A DNA stretch of 57,571 nucleotides from an uncultured Bacilli bacterium (GCA_910587745.1 CAJUNE010000003.1:1-57571), one strand, 5' to 3'. Positions 39,599-47,948 are shown, numbered from the stretch's first letter. Numbers and translations are program-made. The notes: a model not told the origin generated them from the sequence alone.

Positions 39599-39642
39599 TT
39601 CAAGGAAAGATTATAACATAGCAAAAAAACTATGTCAAAAAT

Positions 39643-40209
39643 CTACTTTGTATATTTTCTAGTAAAACCTAAATCATCTAGTATTTCTTTTAATCTAATT
39701 TCAAATTCTTCTATATTACCATTATTTAAAATATAATAATCTGCATATGCTATAGGACCACCTTTAGCAAGATTTTCTATTTCCGACATATCTCTATGCA
39801 TAGCCTCTTCATTAGTAAAAGGTCTCACATCTCTTTTTGCTAATCTCTCATACCTCAAAGCTCTATCTGCTATTACACAAATTACAGTTATAGCTTCACC
39901 AAACTCTTCTTTTAATATTTTAAGTTCATCCCAAGAATACAAACCATCAAGTACCACATTTGACTCTTCTGATAGTTCCTTAATTTTAGGCAAAAGTACT
40001 TTAGCATAAGCACCCATACCTAGTTCACTTCTAAGTCTCTCTCTCATCATTTTTTCATTCTCTGGAGTTACATCTAATCCTTCTTCTTTTAGTTTTTCCA
40101 TTGTAACCCCACCAAAATAAACTTTTTGATAACCAGTATTTTCTAAAAATTCACAAGCAACAGACTTACCCACTCCACACATTCCTACAATTGCAATAAT
40201 TTTATTCAT
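39643..40209 (-). CDS. P-loop nucleotide kinase-like protein
   Basis: IAIVGMCGVGKS Walker A, 188 aa, with an adenylate/dephospho-CoA-kinase-like layout. Confidence 0.5.
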   Translation of the reverse strand: MNKIIAIVGMCGVGKSVACEFLENTGYQKVYFGGVTMEKLKEEGLDVTPENEKMMRERLRSELGMGAYAKVLLPKIKELSEESNVVLDGLYSWDELKILKEEFGEAITVICVIADRALRYERLAKRDVRPFTNEEAMHRDMSEIENLAKGGPIAYADYYILNNGNIEEFEIRLKEILDDLGFTRKYTK

Positions 40210-40265
40210 ACTTCCACCATCCTTAAACCTATTATATCAAACAAAACCAAAATAAAAAAGATTAA

Positions 40266-40706
40266 TTAGCTTAATCTTTCTTTAACAAGTTTACTAACTA
40301 AAGACATATCTGCATTAGTTATTTTTGTATTTAATTCCTTCATTATTAAACCCATATCTTTCATACTAGTTGGTTTAACAATATCAAAAACCTCATCAAT
40401 AACTTTTTTTATTTCTTCTTCAGTCATTTCTGCAGGCAAATAAACATTTAAAATTGCAACCTCATTTTCTAAAGATTCAACTTCTTCTTGCTTATCATAT
40501 TTTTGATATTCTACAATACTATCTTTTCTGGTTTTAACTTGTTTTTTTATTACTTTTATTACTTCCTCATCAGTTAACTCATGATCTTTACTTACAGCCT
40601 TAGCTTCTAAAAGTAAAGCACTTTTTAACATTCTCAATACTGATAATTTAAACTTATCACCATTTTTCATAGCTTCTTTTAAATCTTCAGATATTTTATT
40701 ATTCAT
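40266..40706 (-). CDS. yqeY: GatB/YqeY-domain protein
   Basis: ISEDLKEAMKNGDKFKLSVLRMLKSAL is the signature. The gene lies downstream of rpsU, as in Bacillus. Confidence 0.85.
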   Translation of the reverse strand: MNNKISEDLKEAMKNGDKFKLSVLRMLKSALLLEAKAVSKDHELTDEEVIKVIKKQVKTRKDSIVEYQKYDKQEEVESLENEVAILNVYLPAEMTEEEIKKVIDEVFDIVKPTSMKDMGLIMKELNTKITNADMSLVSKLVKERLS

Positions 40707-40717
40707 TATAATCACCC

Positions 40718-40903
40718 TTAATAATTTTTATGCTTTCTCGCATTTCTCATTTGTTCTTTCTTTTCATTTCTTCTACGAACGCCTGGTTTCTCATAATGTT
40801 TTTTCTTTTTTAACTCAGAAGGGACACCGCTACGGGCGAATTTAGTCTTAAACTTTTTGATTGCGCCATCAACGTTTCCATTTTGAACTACTACTTTAGT
40901 CAT
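40718..40903 (-). CDS. rpsU: 30S ribosomal protein S21
   Basis: A 61-aa basic protein containing ...ELKKKKHYEKPGVRRRNEKKE. Confidence 0.9.
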   Translation of the reverse strand: MTKVVVQNGNVDGAIKKFKTKFARSGVPSELKKKKHYEKPGVRRRNEKKEQMRNARKHKNY

Positions 40904-40993
40904 TTATAAATCCCTCCCTTCATTTATCAATGTATAGTATAACACCAAAAAAATCTAATTACAAGTAAATTAAATAGTTTTTTTCACGATTTT

Positions 40994-41182
40994 TTAAGAG
41001 TTTTCACTATAATCAACTATATCAATATGATAATCTTGAAGTTTAATTTTAATATCATTTTTAAGAGTATTTAAAAACTTTTGTTTATAGGTATTTACCA
41101 TTAAAGTAGTAAGCATCATCAAGATAAAAACTACAAAGAAAGAATAAACCATATACATCGAAGCAAACCCTCTCTTTTTCAA
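40994..41182 (-). CDS. Small single-TM protein downstream of the peptide genes (candidate immunity protein; N-terminus is pseudopilin/ComGG-like)
   Basis: (M)KKRGFASMYMVYSFFVVFILMMLTTLMVNTY... A TTG at 41182 lies 8 nt after AAAGGAG; the track start at 41191 abuts the SD. Confidence 0.45.
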   Translation of the reverse strand: MKKRGFASMYMVYSFFVVFILMMLTTLMVNTYKQKFLNTLKNDIKIKLQDYHIDIVDYSENS

Positions 41183-41214
41183 AACTATCAACTCCTTTTA
41201 AAATTATAACAAAA

Positions 41215-41236
41215 AAGAGTTTAATTTAAAACCCTT
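41215..41236 (-). terminator. Intrinsic terminator after the third peptide gene
   Basis: The minus strand forms AAGGGTTT-taaatt-AAACTCTT (8 bp, one G-U) followed by TTTTTTG. Confidence 0.55.
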
Positions 41237-41245
41237 TTTCATTTA

Positions 41246-41398
41246 TTAGCAATAATTTTTAGTTTTACCTCTACGAAGCGTAGAACCAATCTTTCTTCCA
41301 AAATCAAAGATTGTTTTAAAAGCAGAGATAACAGCATTTACAAGCGCTGCACTTACTCCACCATAAATTTTTTGAAGTTCTATATTATCTAATTTCAT
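41246..41398 (-). CDS. Double-glycine-leader peptide 3 (50 aa)
   Basis: My translation is MKLDNIELQKIYGG|VSAALVNAVISAFKTIFDFGRKIGSTLRRGKTKNYC. The ATG overlaps the stop of peptide 2 (TAATG). Confidence 0.75.
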   Translation of the reverse strand: MKLDNIELQKIYGGVSAALVNAVISAFKTIFDFGRKIGSTLRRGKTKNYC

Positions 41399-41541
41399 TA
41401 GCACTTCTCCGGATGAAAATAGCCATAAACAACTGCGCTAATAAAAGTTAATCCAGCTGCAATTCCAAGTCCTAAAAACTTCAGAACAGTCCATCCTCCT
41501 CCTGTAATATTAGATAATTCATTAATACTAATATTTCTCAT
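41398..41541 (-). CDS. Double-glycine-leader peptide 2 (47 aa)
   Basis: My translation is MRNISINELSNITGG|GWTVLKFLGLGIAAGLTFISAVVYGYFHPEKC. The ATG overlaps the stop of peptide 1 (TAATG). Confidence 0.8.
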   Translation of the reverse strand: MRNISINELSNITGGGWTVLKFLGLGIAAGLTFISAVVYGYFHPEKC

Positions 41542-41672
41542 TATTTAATACCTCCAAAAACAACTTTAAATTTTTTTATAACATTAACCATGCTAATAAA
41601 TAAACTTGTAAAAGTAGTAACTATATTGCCACCACCACAAGCTATTAATTCATTTTTATTTAATTTTCCCAT
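41541..41672 (-). CDS. Double-glycine-leader peptide 1 (43 aa)
   Basis: My translation is MGKLNKNELIACGG(G)|NIVTTFTSLFISMVNVIKKFKVVFGGIK. It starts 17 nt downstream of the accessory gene stop. Confidence 0.7.
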   Translation of the reverse strand: MGKLNKNELIACGGGNIVTTFTSLFISMVNVIKKFKVVFGGIK

Positions 41673-41689
41673 TCTATCTACATCCTTTC

Positions 41690-42100
41690 TTAAAAAACTG
41701 AATTAATAATTTTCTTTAATAATCTTTGTTTATTATAGCAAAAATTAAGCTCAACAATTTCTTTATCTTCCAAACCATAAGTATTAGCAAAATTATATAA
41801 ATAATAACTAATTACATTTTTTTCATCTATCTCTATAGTTTTAGATAAAATATTAGGCTTTATATACTTATTGTTAAATTTAATTTTTTGAATATCTATA
41901 TTTGTAGGAATAGCCACAATTATTCTGCAATCTTCACTACAATTCACATATCCTCGAGTCAAATAGTGATCATAAACTTCTACATTTAAAGATATAACTA
42001 AAATAACTAATAAAAGAAAAATAAACATAATTGAAACAAGAAATAAATTTTTAGGTTTTTTTCTTAAAAATGCTTGTTTATTCTGAAATAAGTTTTCCAT
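41690..42100 (-). CDS. Small single-pass membrane protein, putative bacteriocin export accessory (or immunity) protein
   Basis: An N-terminal cytoplasmic basic stretch, one TM segment (LFLVSIMFIFLLLVILVISL) and a ~90-aa extracytoplasmic domain. It overlaps the ABC gene by 23 nt. Confidence 0.5.
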   Translation of the reverse strand: MENLFQNKQAFLRKKPKNLFLVSIMFIFLLLVILVISLNVEVYDHYLTRGYVNCSEDCRIIVAIPTNIDIQKIKFNNKYIKPNILSKTIEIDEKNVISYYLYNFANTYGLEDKEIVELNFCYNKQRLLKKIINSVF

Positions 42101-44144
42101 TTAACTCACCCATATCTAAAATCTGTGTAAACTTACTACTCACGTCTTTATGAGAAACATAAATAAGTGTACTGGTAGGATAATATTTTTTAATATCTTC
42201 TATAATATCTAACTCTAAATCAAAATTCACTTCACTCAAAGCTTCGTCTAAAATGAGTATTTTCGCTGATTTTAAAAGACCTCTAGCAAGTATTATTCTT
42301 TGTAGTTCTCCACCGCTTAAATTATTTTGCATTGCATTAATAATTGATTCATATCTATTAGGTCTTTTCTCCACTATAGATTCTATTCTACAAACTTCCA
42401 CTACTTTTTTAAAATCTTCATCTTTAACTTTTCGAAAACAAAGAATGTTATCTCTAATTGTTCCTGTAATAAGTTTTTCATTTTGACCCACATAAAGTAT
42501 ATTTTTTAAAGTAGTGCCTAAACTATAATCTGCCTCATTTATTCCCCCGATTTTTATTGTCCCATTAATATCTTTAGGATAAGCAAGCATATTACATATA
42601 GTACTTTTACCACTGCCACTTGGGCCCTTTAGAAAAACTTTATCACCCGCATCAATTTTAAAATTTACATTCTTTAAGATATCCGTAGTATTATATTTAA
42701 AAGAAACATCTATAAATTCAATACTATAACTATCCAATGTTTTAATACCTGTTTCATAATTATCACATTCAATATTTATAAATTCTGACAATTTACTAAA
42801 AGTTGCTTTTAAATAATTAAACTTTGGTATTAAATCTATACAATCTTGAATAGGATTAATAAAATAAAACATTAAGCTTTGAAAAGTAATAAGTGAAAGA
42901 AGCTCTAGTTTACCATCTGCAATCATCAAAATACCAATACTAATAACTAAAAAAGTTCCCATTTCATAAATAAATTCTTTAATAAAAGAGACGTTATTTA
43001 AAGTAGACTGCGTTTTAAAATTACTTTTAAACATTATAATTAATTTCTCTTCTAAATATTTTAAAAAATGATTAACTAAATTCAAGTTTTTTATACTAGT
43101 ATTTGCTTCAATATTCTCAACTAAACTAGAATTAAAAGTAGTCGTTGTATTAACATTATCTCTAACACACCTATAAATAAGTTTACTAAATAGAAGTCCT
43201 AAAATTACATAAATAAAAACTATCAAACAAAGCATAAAAAATAATTTACTATTTATGGAATATAAAACCACTACTGCTCCTATTACCAAAACCGTATTTA
43301 AAAGAACATTAGTAAAGAAATCTGCTAATAATTCTTTTATTTCGCTTAGATCTTGTATTCTAGATACAATTTCTCCCGTGCTACGATTTTGTATAAATTT
43401 TAAAGGAAGATTAAATATGTGAGATAAAAAATTCGAAAATAGTTCTACATCAAGATTACGATAAAAATAAGTAAGATAATAATTTTTAATAAAATTCAAG
43501 AAAACTTTAAAAAAGAAAGTTAGTGCGAATATAATTATTATAGCTTTCAAATATATATTATCTTCCCCATGATTAATCGCAGAAACTGCAATTTGAAAAT
43601 AAAAACTTGTTAAAATTGTAAAAAACATTACAATTAGATTAATAATACAGATTTTTATAAAAACAGATTTATTCTTTATAATTAATTTCATTAACAAAGA
43701 GGAAATTGTTAAGTCTTTATCATATTTTAAAATTTTATCTATAGGTGTTAATAGAATTAAAATATTATCCCAAATATTATTAAAATCTTCCATTTTCATT
43801 TTTATTTTTCCTACAGCTGGATCCATAAGCCACACATAATTTTTAGATATCTTATAAACAACCACAAAGTGATTTAATCCGTTTTTAAGAACCACATGTG
43901 CTATAGCAGGCAAATAGATATTTCTATTTTTTACATCGTCCACAAAAACCCCCATTGCCTCAAAACCATAACTTTTAGCAGTCTCTACTAAATTATAGGC
44001 AGTTGTTCCAACTCCAGTTGTAAAAGTATCATCTCTTATTTTTTCAATAGGAACATATCCATCATAATATTTAATAATACATGCCAAACTACAAGCTCCA
44101 CAATCTTTCAAATCATGTTGTTTTACAACTTCAATTTTAGCCAC
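42078..44144 (-). CDS. Bacteriocin-processing ABC transporter with N-terminal C39 peptidase domain
   Basis: QHDLKDCGACSLACIIKYY (catalytic Cys), HFVVVYKI (His), 6 TM segments, and GPSGSGKST / LSGGELQRI / ILILDEA. A GTG start follows AAGGGAGAG by 7 nt. Confidence 0.9.
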   Translation of the reverse strand: MAKIEVVKQHDLKDCGACSLACIIKYYDGYVPIEKIRDDTFTTGVGTTAYNLVETAKSYGFEAMGVFVDDVKNRNIYLPAIAHVVLKNGLNHFVVVYKISKNYVWLMDPAVGKIKMKMEDFNNIWDNILILLTPIDKILKYDKDLTISSLLMKLIIKNKSVFIKICIINLIVMFFTILTSFYFQIAVSAINHGEDNIYLKAIIIIFALTFFFKVFLNFIKNYYLTYFYRNLDVELFSNFLSHIFNLPLKFIQNRSTGEIVSRIQDLSEIKELLADFFTNVLLNTVLVIGAVVVLYSINSKLFFMLCLIVFIYVILGLLFSKLIYRCVRDNVNTTTTFNSSLVENIEANTSIKNLNLVNHFLKYLEEKLIIMFKSNFKTQSTLNNVSFIKEFIYEMGTFLVISIGILMIADGKLELLSLITFQSLMFYFINPIQDCIDLIPKFNYLKATFSKLSEFINIECDNYETGIKTLDSYSIEFIDVSFKYNTTDILKNVNFKIDAGDKVFLKGPSGSGKSTICNMLAYPKDINGTIKIGGINEADYSLGTTLKNILYVGQNEKLITGTIRDNILCFRKVKDEDFKKVVEVCRIESIVEKRPNRYESIINAMQNNLSGGELQRIILARGLLKSAKILILDEALSEVNFDLELDIIEDIKKYYPTSTLIYVSHKDVSSKFTQILDMGELNGKLISE

Positions 44145-44302
44145 AAATTTTCTCTCCCTTCAAGTAAAGTTAAACCATATTTTTACGCTTTTTTCCAGCA
44201 TTTTTACGATTTAGGGTAAGATTTGAGTTATCCACGACAATACTCGACAAACACCGACAAAGCTATATGCTAATATATCAAACCAAAGAAAGGAGAAATT
44301 TT

Positions 44303-44755
44303 ATGCAAAATGGAATTAATTTAGCAAAATTAAGAAGTAAAAATAATCAAACTATAAATGATATATCAAAAATTTTAAATGTTTCATTGTCATCTTATAA
44401 GTTATATGAAACAGGCACTATTCCTATGTCTTTAGAAGAAATAAATACTTTAAGTATATTCTATGATGTATCATTTGATTATTTATTAGGGTTAAGTAAT
44501 GTAACCAAAAGAGATCATTTTCGTAAAACAATTGATTATAAATATTTGAAATTTTCTATCAAATACTTAAGAAAAGTAAACAAAATTAATCAAAAAAATT
44601 TTGCTAAAGAATTAAACTATTCTATAAGTTCTGTTAGTAGGTTTGAACATAATGGAAAAACGGTAAGTTTAGATTATTTAATAAAAATAGCCAGAAAATT
44701 TAACATATCAACTGATTATTTATGTGGTAAAAGTTATATAAAAACTATATTATAG
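44303..44755 (+). CDS. Tandem XRE-type HTH transcriptional regulator (two Cro/C1 domains)
   Basis: Two HTH_3-like repeats (INLAKLRSKNNQTINDISKILNVSLSSYKLYETG and IKYLRKVNKINQKNFAKELNYSISSVSRFEHNG). An AAAGGAGAAA SD precedes the ATG at 44303. Confidence 0.8.
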   Translation: MQNGINLAKLRSKNNQTINDISKILNVSLSSYKLYETGTIPMSLEEINTLSIFYDVSFDYLLGLSNVTKRDHFRKTIDYKYLKFSIKYLRKVNKINQKNFAKELNYSISSVSRFEHNGKTVSLDYLIKIARKFNISTDYLCGKSYIKTIL

Positions 44756-44844
44756 CAAAAAACAGGATTATCGATGGCAAATTATATCTTACATCATATC
44801 TCCTGCTTTTTTCTTATAAACTAAAAAATTAGATTACTCAAAAT

Positions 44845-46005
44845 CTAATCTTTAAATACTTCTTTTAAATAAACATCATCATCTTTAAATAAATTATACT
44901 TTCGAATAATAAACTTAAATATAACTTTAAATAAAGCTATACAAGGAGTAGCTATAATCATTCCCAGTATTCCAAAATAATAACCAAATACTAATAAACC
45001 TATCATAATTGTTACTGGATGTAACTGTGTAGTTTTACTCATTACAACTGGTTGTAAAACATAGTTTTCTACAAGCTGTACGACTATACAAATAATTAAA
45101 ACAGTTATACCTGTTATTGAACCTTGACTAAAGCCTACTGCAACCGCCGCTGCTCCACCTATATATGGACCGATATAAGGTATTAAATCTGTTAAACCAC
45201 AAAATATACCAAATAATAATGGTGCATTAAGACCTACTATCCAGAATCCTACAGAATCAGAAACAAATACCATTAAAGCTACTAATAGAGTTCCACTAAT
45301 AGTTTTTCTAACTTCTTTTCCAATATCTGTAATTAGTATTTCAATTTCATATTTATTTTTATTAGGAACTAATTTTATAAAATGTTTAGTTATAGCATCA
45401 AAATCAAACAACATATAAAGTCCCACTACTAAACTTATTAATATTGTTCCCACACCACTCATTAAACTACCCAAAATAGACATTATGGAATTAGGAAGTG
45501 ATCCTGTAAAATTAACTAAAGAGTCTCCTATTCCATTAAACAAATTATCTTTAGCAGCTGTTAAATCTATTCCACTAATTGATATTTGATTAATAAAATT
45601 ATCTATAATTGATTCAAATTTAGCCATTATAGAAGGTAAATTAGCAATCAAATCATTTATTTGAGTATATAATGTTGGTATTAAAAGTCTTAAGAATACA
45701 AATATAAATAGAATTAAAACAGCATAAACAATTAAACTAGCTGCTATTCTAGGTATTCCCTTTTGATTTAGTTTTTTAACTATTGGATTAAACAACCAAG
45801 CTACAACAAATCCTATAAAAAGTGGTGATAAAACTTTAAGGAAAGTCAAAAGGAAATGCCATAATTTTAAATTTTTCATAATTATAGTTGCACTTAAAAC
45901 TATAGCTACAATCATTGCTATATAAAGAATTTTAAGTATTTTTTTTGTTAGTGTAACAACTTCATTTACTTCTTTTGAATCAATTTCCTTAAATTTTTTA
46001 TTCAT
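44845..46005 (-). CDS. AI-2E/PerM (UPF0118) family transporter
   Basis: Polytopic protein carrying the conserved C-terminal LxPxxxxxxxxLHPxxxxxxxxxxGxxxGxxGxxxAxP pattern. Confidence 0.8.
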   Translation of the reverse strand: MNKKFKEIDSKEVNEVVTLTKKILKILYIAMIVAIVLSATIIMKNLKLWHFLLTFLKVLSPLFIGFVVAWLFNPIVKKLNQKGIPRIAASLIVYAVLILFIFVFLRLLIPTLYTQINDLIANLPSIMAKFESIIDNFINQISISGIDLTAAKDNLFNGIGDSLVNFTGSLPNSIMSILGSLMSGVGTILISLVVGLYMLFDFDAITKHFIKLVPNKNKYEIEILITDIGKEVRKTISGTLLVALMVFVSDSVGFWIVGLNAPLLFGIFCGLTDLIPYIGPYIGGAAAVAVGFSQGSITGITVLIICIVVQLVENYVLQPVVMSKTTQLHPVTIMIGLLVFGYYFGILGMIIATPCIALFKVIFKFIIRKYNLFKDDDVYLKEVFKD

Positions 46006-46006
46006 T

Positions 46007-46537
46007 TTAAACCCTCATTAATTCAGCTTCTTTGTTCTTAAATATTTCATCTATTTTCTTATTATATGTATTAACAAGCTCTTGTATGTCATCTAAAGCA
46101 CTTTTTTCTTGATCTTCAGGCATTTCCATTTTTTTAATTTCATTATTACAATCTTGTCTAATATTACGAAGAGCAACCCTTGCTTCTTCACAAGTAGTTT
46201 TAGCTTGTTTAACATAATCACGACGTTTTTCTTCTGTAAGTTCAGGTACAGTTAAAGTAATAACTTCCCCATTATTTACTGGTGTGATACCAATATTAGC
46301 TTCATTAATAGCCCTTTCTATTTCTTTTAATGCACTTTTATCAAAAGGCTTAATCATTAAACTTCTTGCCTCTGGAACAGTAATATTAGCAAGAGATTGA
46401 ATTGGTGTTGGTGTTCCATAATAACTTGCCATTATTCCATTTAACATAGCTGGATTAGCCCTTCCCGCTCTAATATTTAAAAGTCTAGACTCTAAACTTT
46501 CAATTGCTTTCATAAATTTTAATTCTGTGTTATCCAT
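46007..46537 (-). CDS. frr: Ribosome recycling factor
   Basis: LNIRAGRANPAMLNGI...VPELTEEKRRDYVKQAK. Confidence 0.95.
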   Translation of the reverse strand: MDNTELKFMKAIESLESRLLNIRAGRANPAMLNGIMASYYGTPTPIQSLANITVPEARSLMIKPFDKSALKEIERAINEANIGITPVNNGEVITLTVPELTEEKRRDYVKQAKTTCEEARVALRNIRQDCNNEIKKMEMPEDQEKSALDDIQELVNTYNKKIDEIFKNKEAELMRV

Positions 46538-46551
46538 ATTATTATTCCTCC

Positions 46552-47355
46552 TTAATCTAATATTATAACATCTAATTTATTTTCTTGTATACCTTTTATG
46601 AAATAATTAATAACTAAATAACCGCTTTTATTCACATATAAGGCATATGAACTATCATCATCTAAAGAACTTAAAGTATTTACAATATCTATTTGTGGTA
46701 TATCTTCTACTATCGTTTGTTCTTTTTCTAGTTTTTCTTGAATTATTTCTTTAATTCTGTCTAAAGAAATATCAAAATCTTCCATAAGTCTATTTTTAGA
46801 TAATAAATCTCCTGTATTGGTATCAAATGTATAAGCGCTAACTTTGGTATTTTTAGTGCCATCATTACAATTATATTCAAAAAGACTATTAACTATTGTT
46901 GCATAATTTTTATAAAAATAACGTGTATATTTATTATAAGTAGCTTCATATACATCGCTATCTTTAAATAAAATATTTTCTTGTTCTTCAGGAGTTAATT
47001 CCACTTCACCAATAGTTTTATACGTTTTCTCATTTGCTTCTCTTTCACTATTTAAAAAAGTTGTAATAGTTTTAGTATCACGAGAATCAAAATTAAATAC
47101 TACATCTTGATATGTTATATCACGTATTTCATTTTTAATCACTACATTATCAAAATAAATATAATCTTTAGTATTATCTATACGAATATCTTCATCTTTT
47201 TCTTTATTTTTACTAGCCATTTCTGTAGTCTTCTTATCATTTTTTTCGATATCTTTTGTAAGCATTATCATAGTTATATAACCACCAACAATGAGTACAA
47301 CAATAAAAAACAGAAATATAGCTGCTTTTACTTTTCCGCTTCTTATATCATCCAT
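46552..47355 (-). CDS. Membrane-anchored extracytoplasmic protein of unknown function (267 aa)
   Basis: An N-terminal TM segment (AAIFLFFIVVLIVGGYITMIML) followed by an Asp/Glu/Lys/Thr-rich soluble domain. Confidence 0.5.
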   Translation of the reverse strand: MDDIRSGKVKAAIFLFFIVVLIVGGYITMIMLTKDIEKNDKKTTEMASKNKEKDEDIRIDNTKDYIYFDNVVIKNEIRDITYQDVVFNFDSRDTKTITTFLNSEREANEKTYKTIGEVELTPEEQENILFKDSDVYEATYNKYTRYFYKNYATIVNSLFEYNCNDGTKNTKVSAYTFDTNTGDLLSKNRLMEDFDISLDRIKEIIQEKLEKEQTIVEDIPQIDIVNTLSSLDDDSSYALYVNKSGYLVINYFIKGIQENKLDVIILD

Positions 47356-47360
47356 AAGCT

Positions 47361-47948
47361 TTACTCCTTAATTCCTAAATAATCTTTAAACATTAATCTA
47401 AATTTATTTAATTGTATTGCTCTATTATTTGCATTCCAATAATCCTCAGGGCTAAGATTCCCCTTCATTATAGCTGTTTCATTATCAAAATGTATAACTT
47501 TACCGTTTTTTATAATAAACATTGTTGGAGCATAAATATTTTGTGTTCCGTTATCATTTGTATATGTATAACTGCTAAGTTTTAATACAACACTTTGATA
47601 AGTAGCATTTTTAGTTTCTCTATCTTTCTTAAAATCATAATAAAGAATTTCCTTTACCCCAAGCTCTTTAGCTACAGTATTAAGCATTTCTGCATAATAA
47701 CCACTCCACTTATTAGTAGGAAAGCCCATGAAAACCACAGCATTTCCATTTTTAAATCTAGTATATACATCTTGTGCATTAGCATAAACAAATACATTAT
47801 CACTTGATACATTACTATATTCTAAATCAAACTTTTCATTATCAACAACTATTTCTTTAGTAAAATCCTTTTTACCCACAAATATAAAAGCCGCAATAAT
47901 TAAAATAAATAATATGCCTTGTATAGCTCTTTTTAAATTTTTATTCAT
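47361..47948 (-). CDS. Membrane-anchored thioredoxin-fold protein lacking the CxxC motif (Cys-free)
   Basis: The thioredoxin-fold landmarks are AVVFMGFPTNKWSGYYAEML (the CxxC position reads KWSG) and YAPTMFIIKNGKV (cis-Pro loop). An N-terminal TM segment is present. Confidence 0.45.
   Translation of the reverse strand: MNKNLKRAIQGILFILIIAAFIFVGKKDFTKEIVVDNEKFDLEYSNVSSDNVFVYANAQDVYTRFKNGNAVVFMGFPTNKWSGYYAEMLNTVAKELGVKEILYYDFKKDRETKNATYQSVVLKLSSYTYTNDNGTQNIYAPTMFIIKNGKVIHFDNETAIMKGNLSPEDYWNANNRAIQLNKFRLMFKDYLGIKE

Noticed and set aside
41192-41216. TGT-TATAAT extended -10-like sequence just upstream of the 62-65-aa ORF, suggesting an independent immunity-gene promoter
   Set aside because: The -10 hexamer (41208-41203) is only about 5 nt from the SD (41198-41192), so a transcript starting there would begin inside the ribosome-binding site. 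More likely this is fortuitous AT-rich sequence, and expression comes from terminator read-through.
47361-47948. The thioredoxin-fold protein in the frr operon considered as the bacteriocin-transport-accessory (Bta-like) thiol oxidoreductase for the Cys-terminated peptides
   Set aside because: It contains no cysteine at all, so it cannot catalyse disulfide exchange. It is also 3 kb away, in a different operon separated from the locus by frr and perM.
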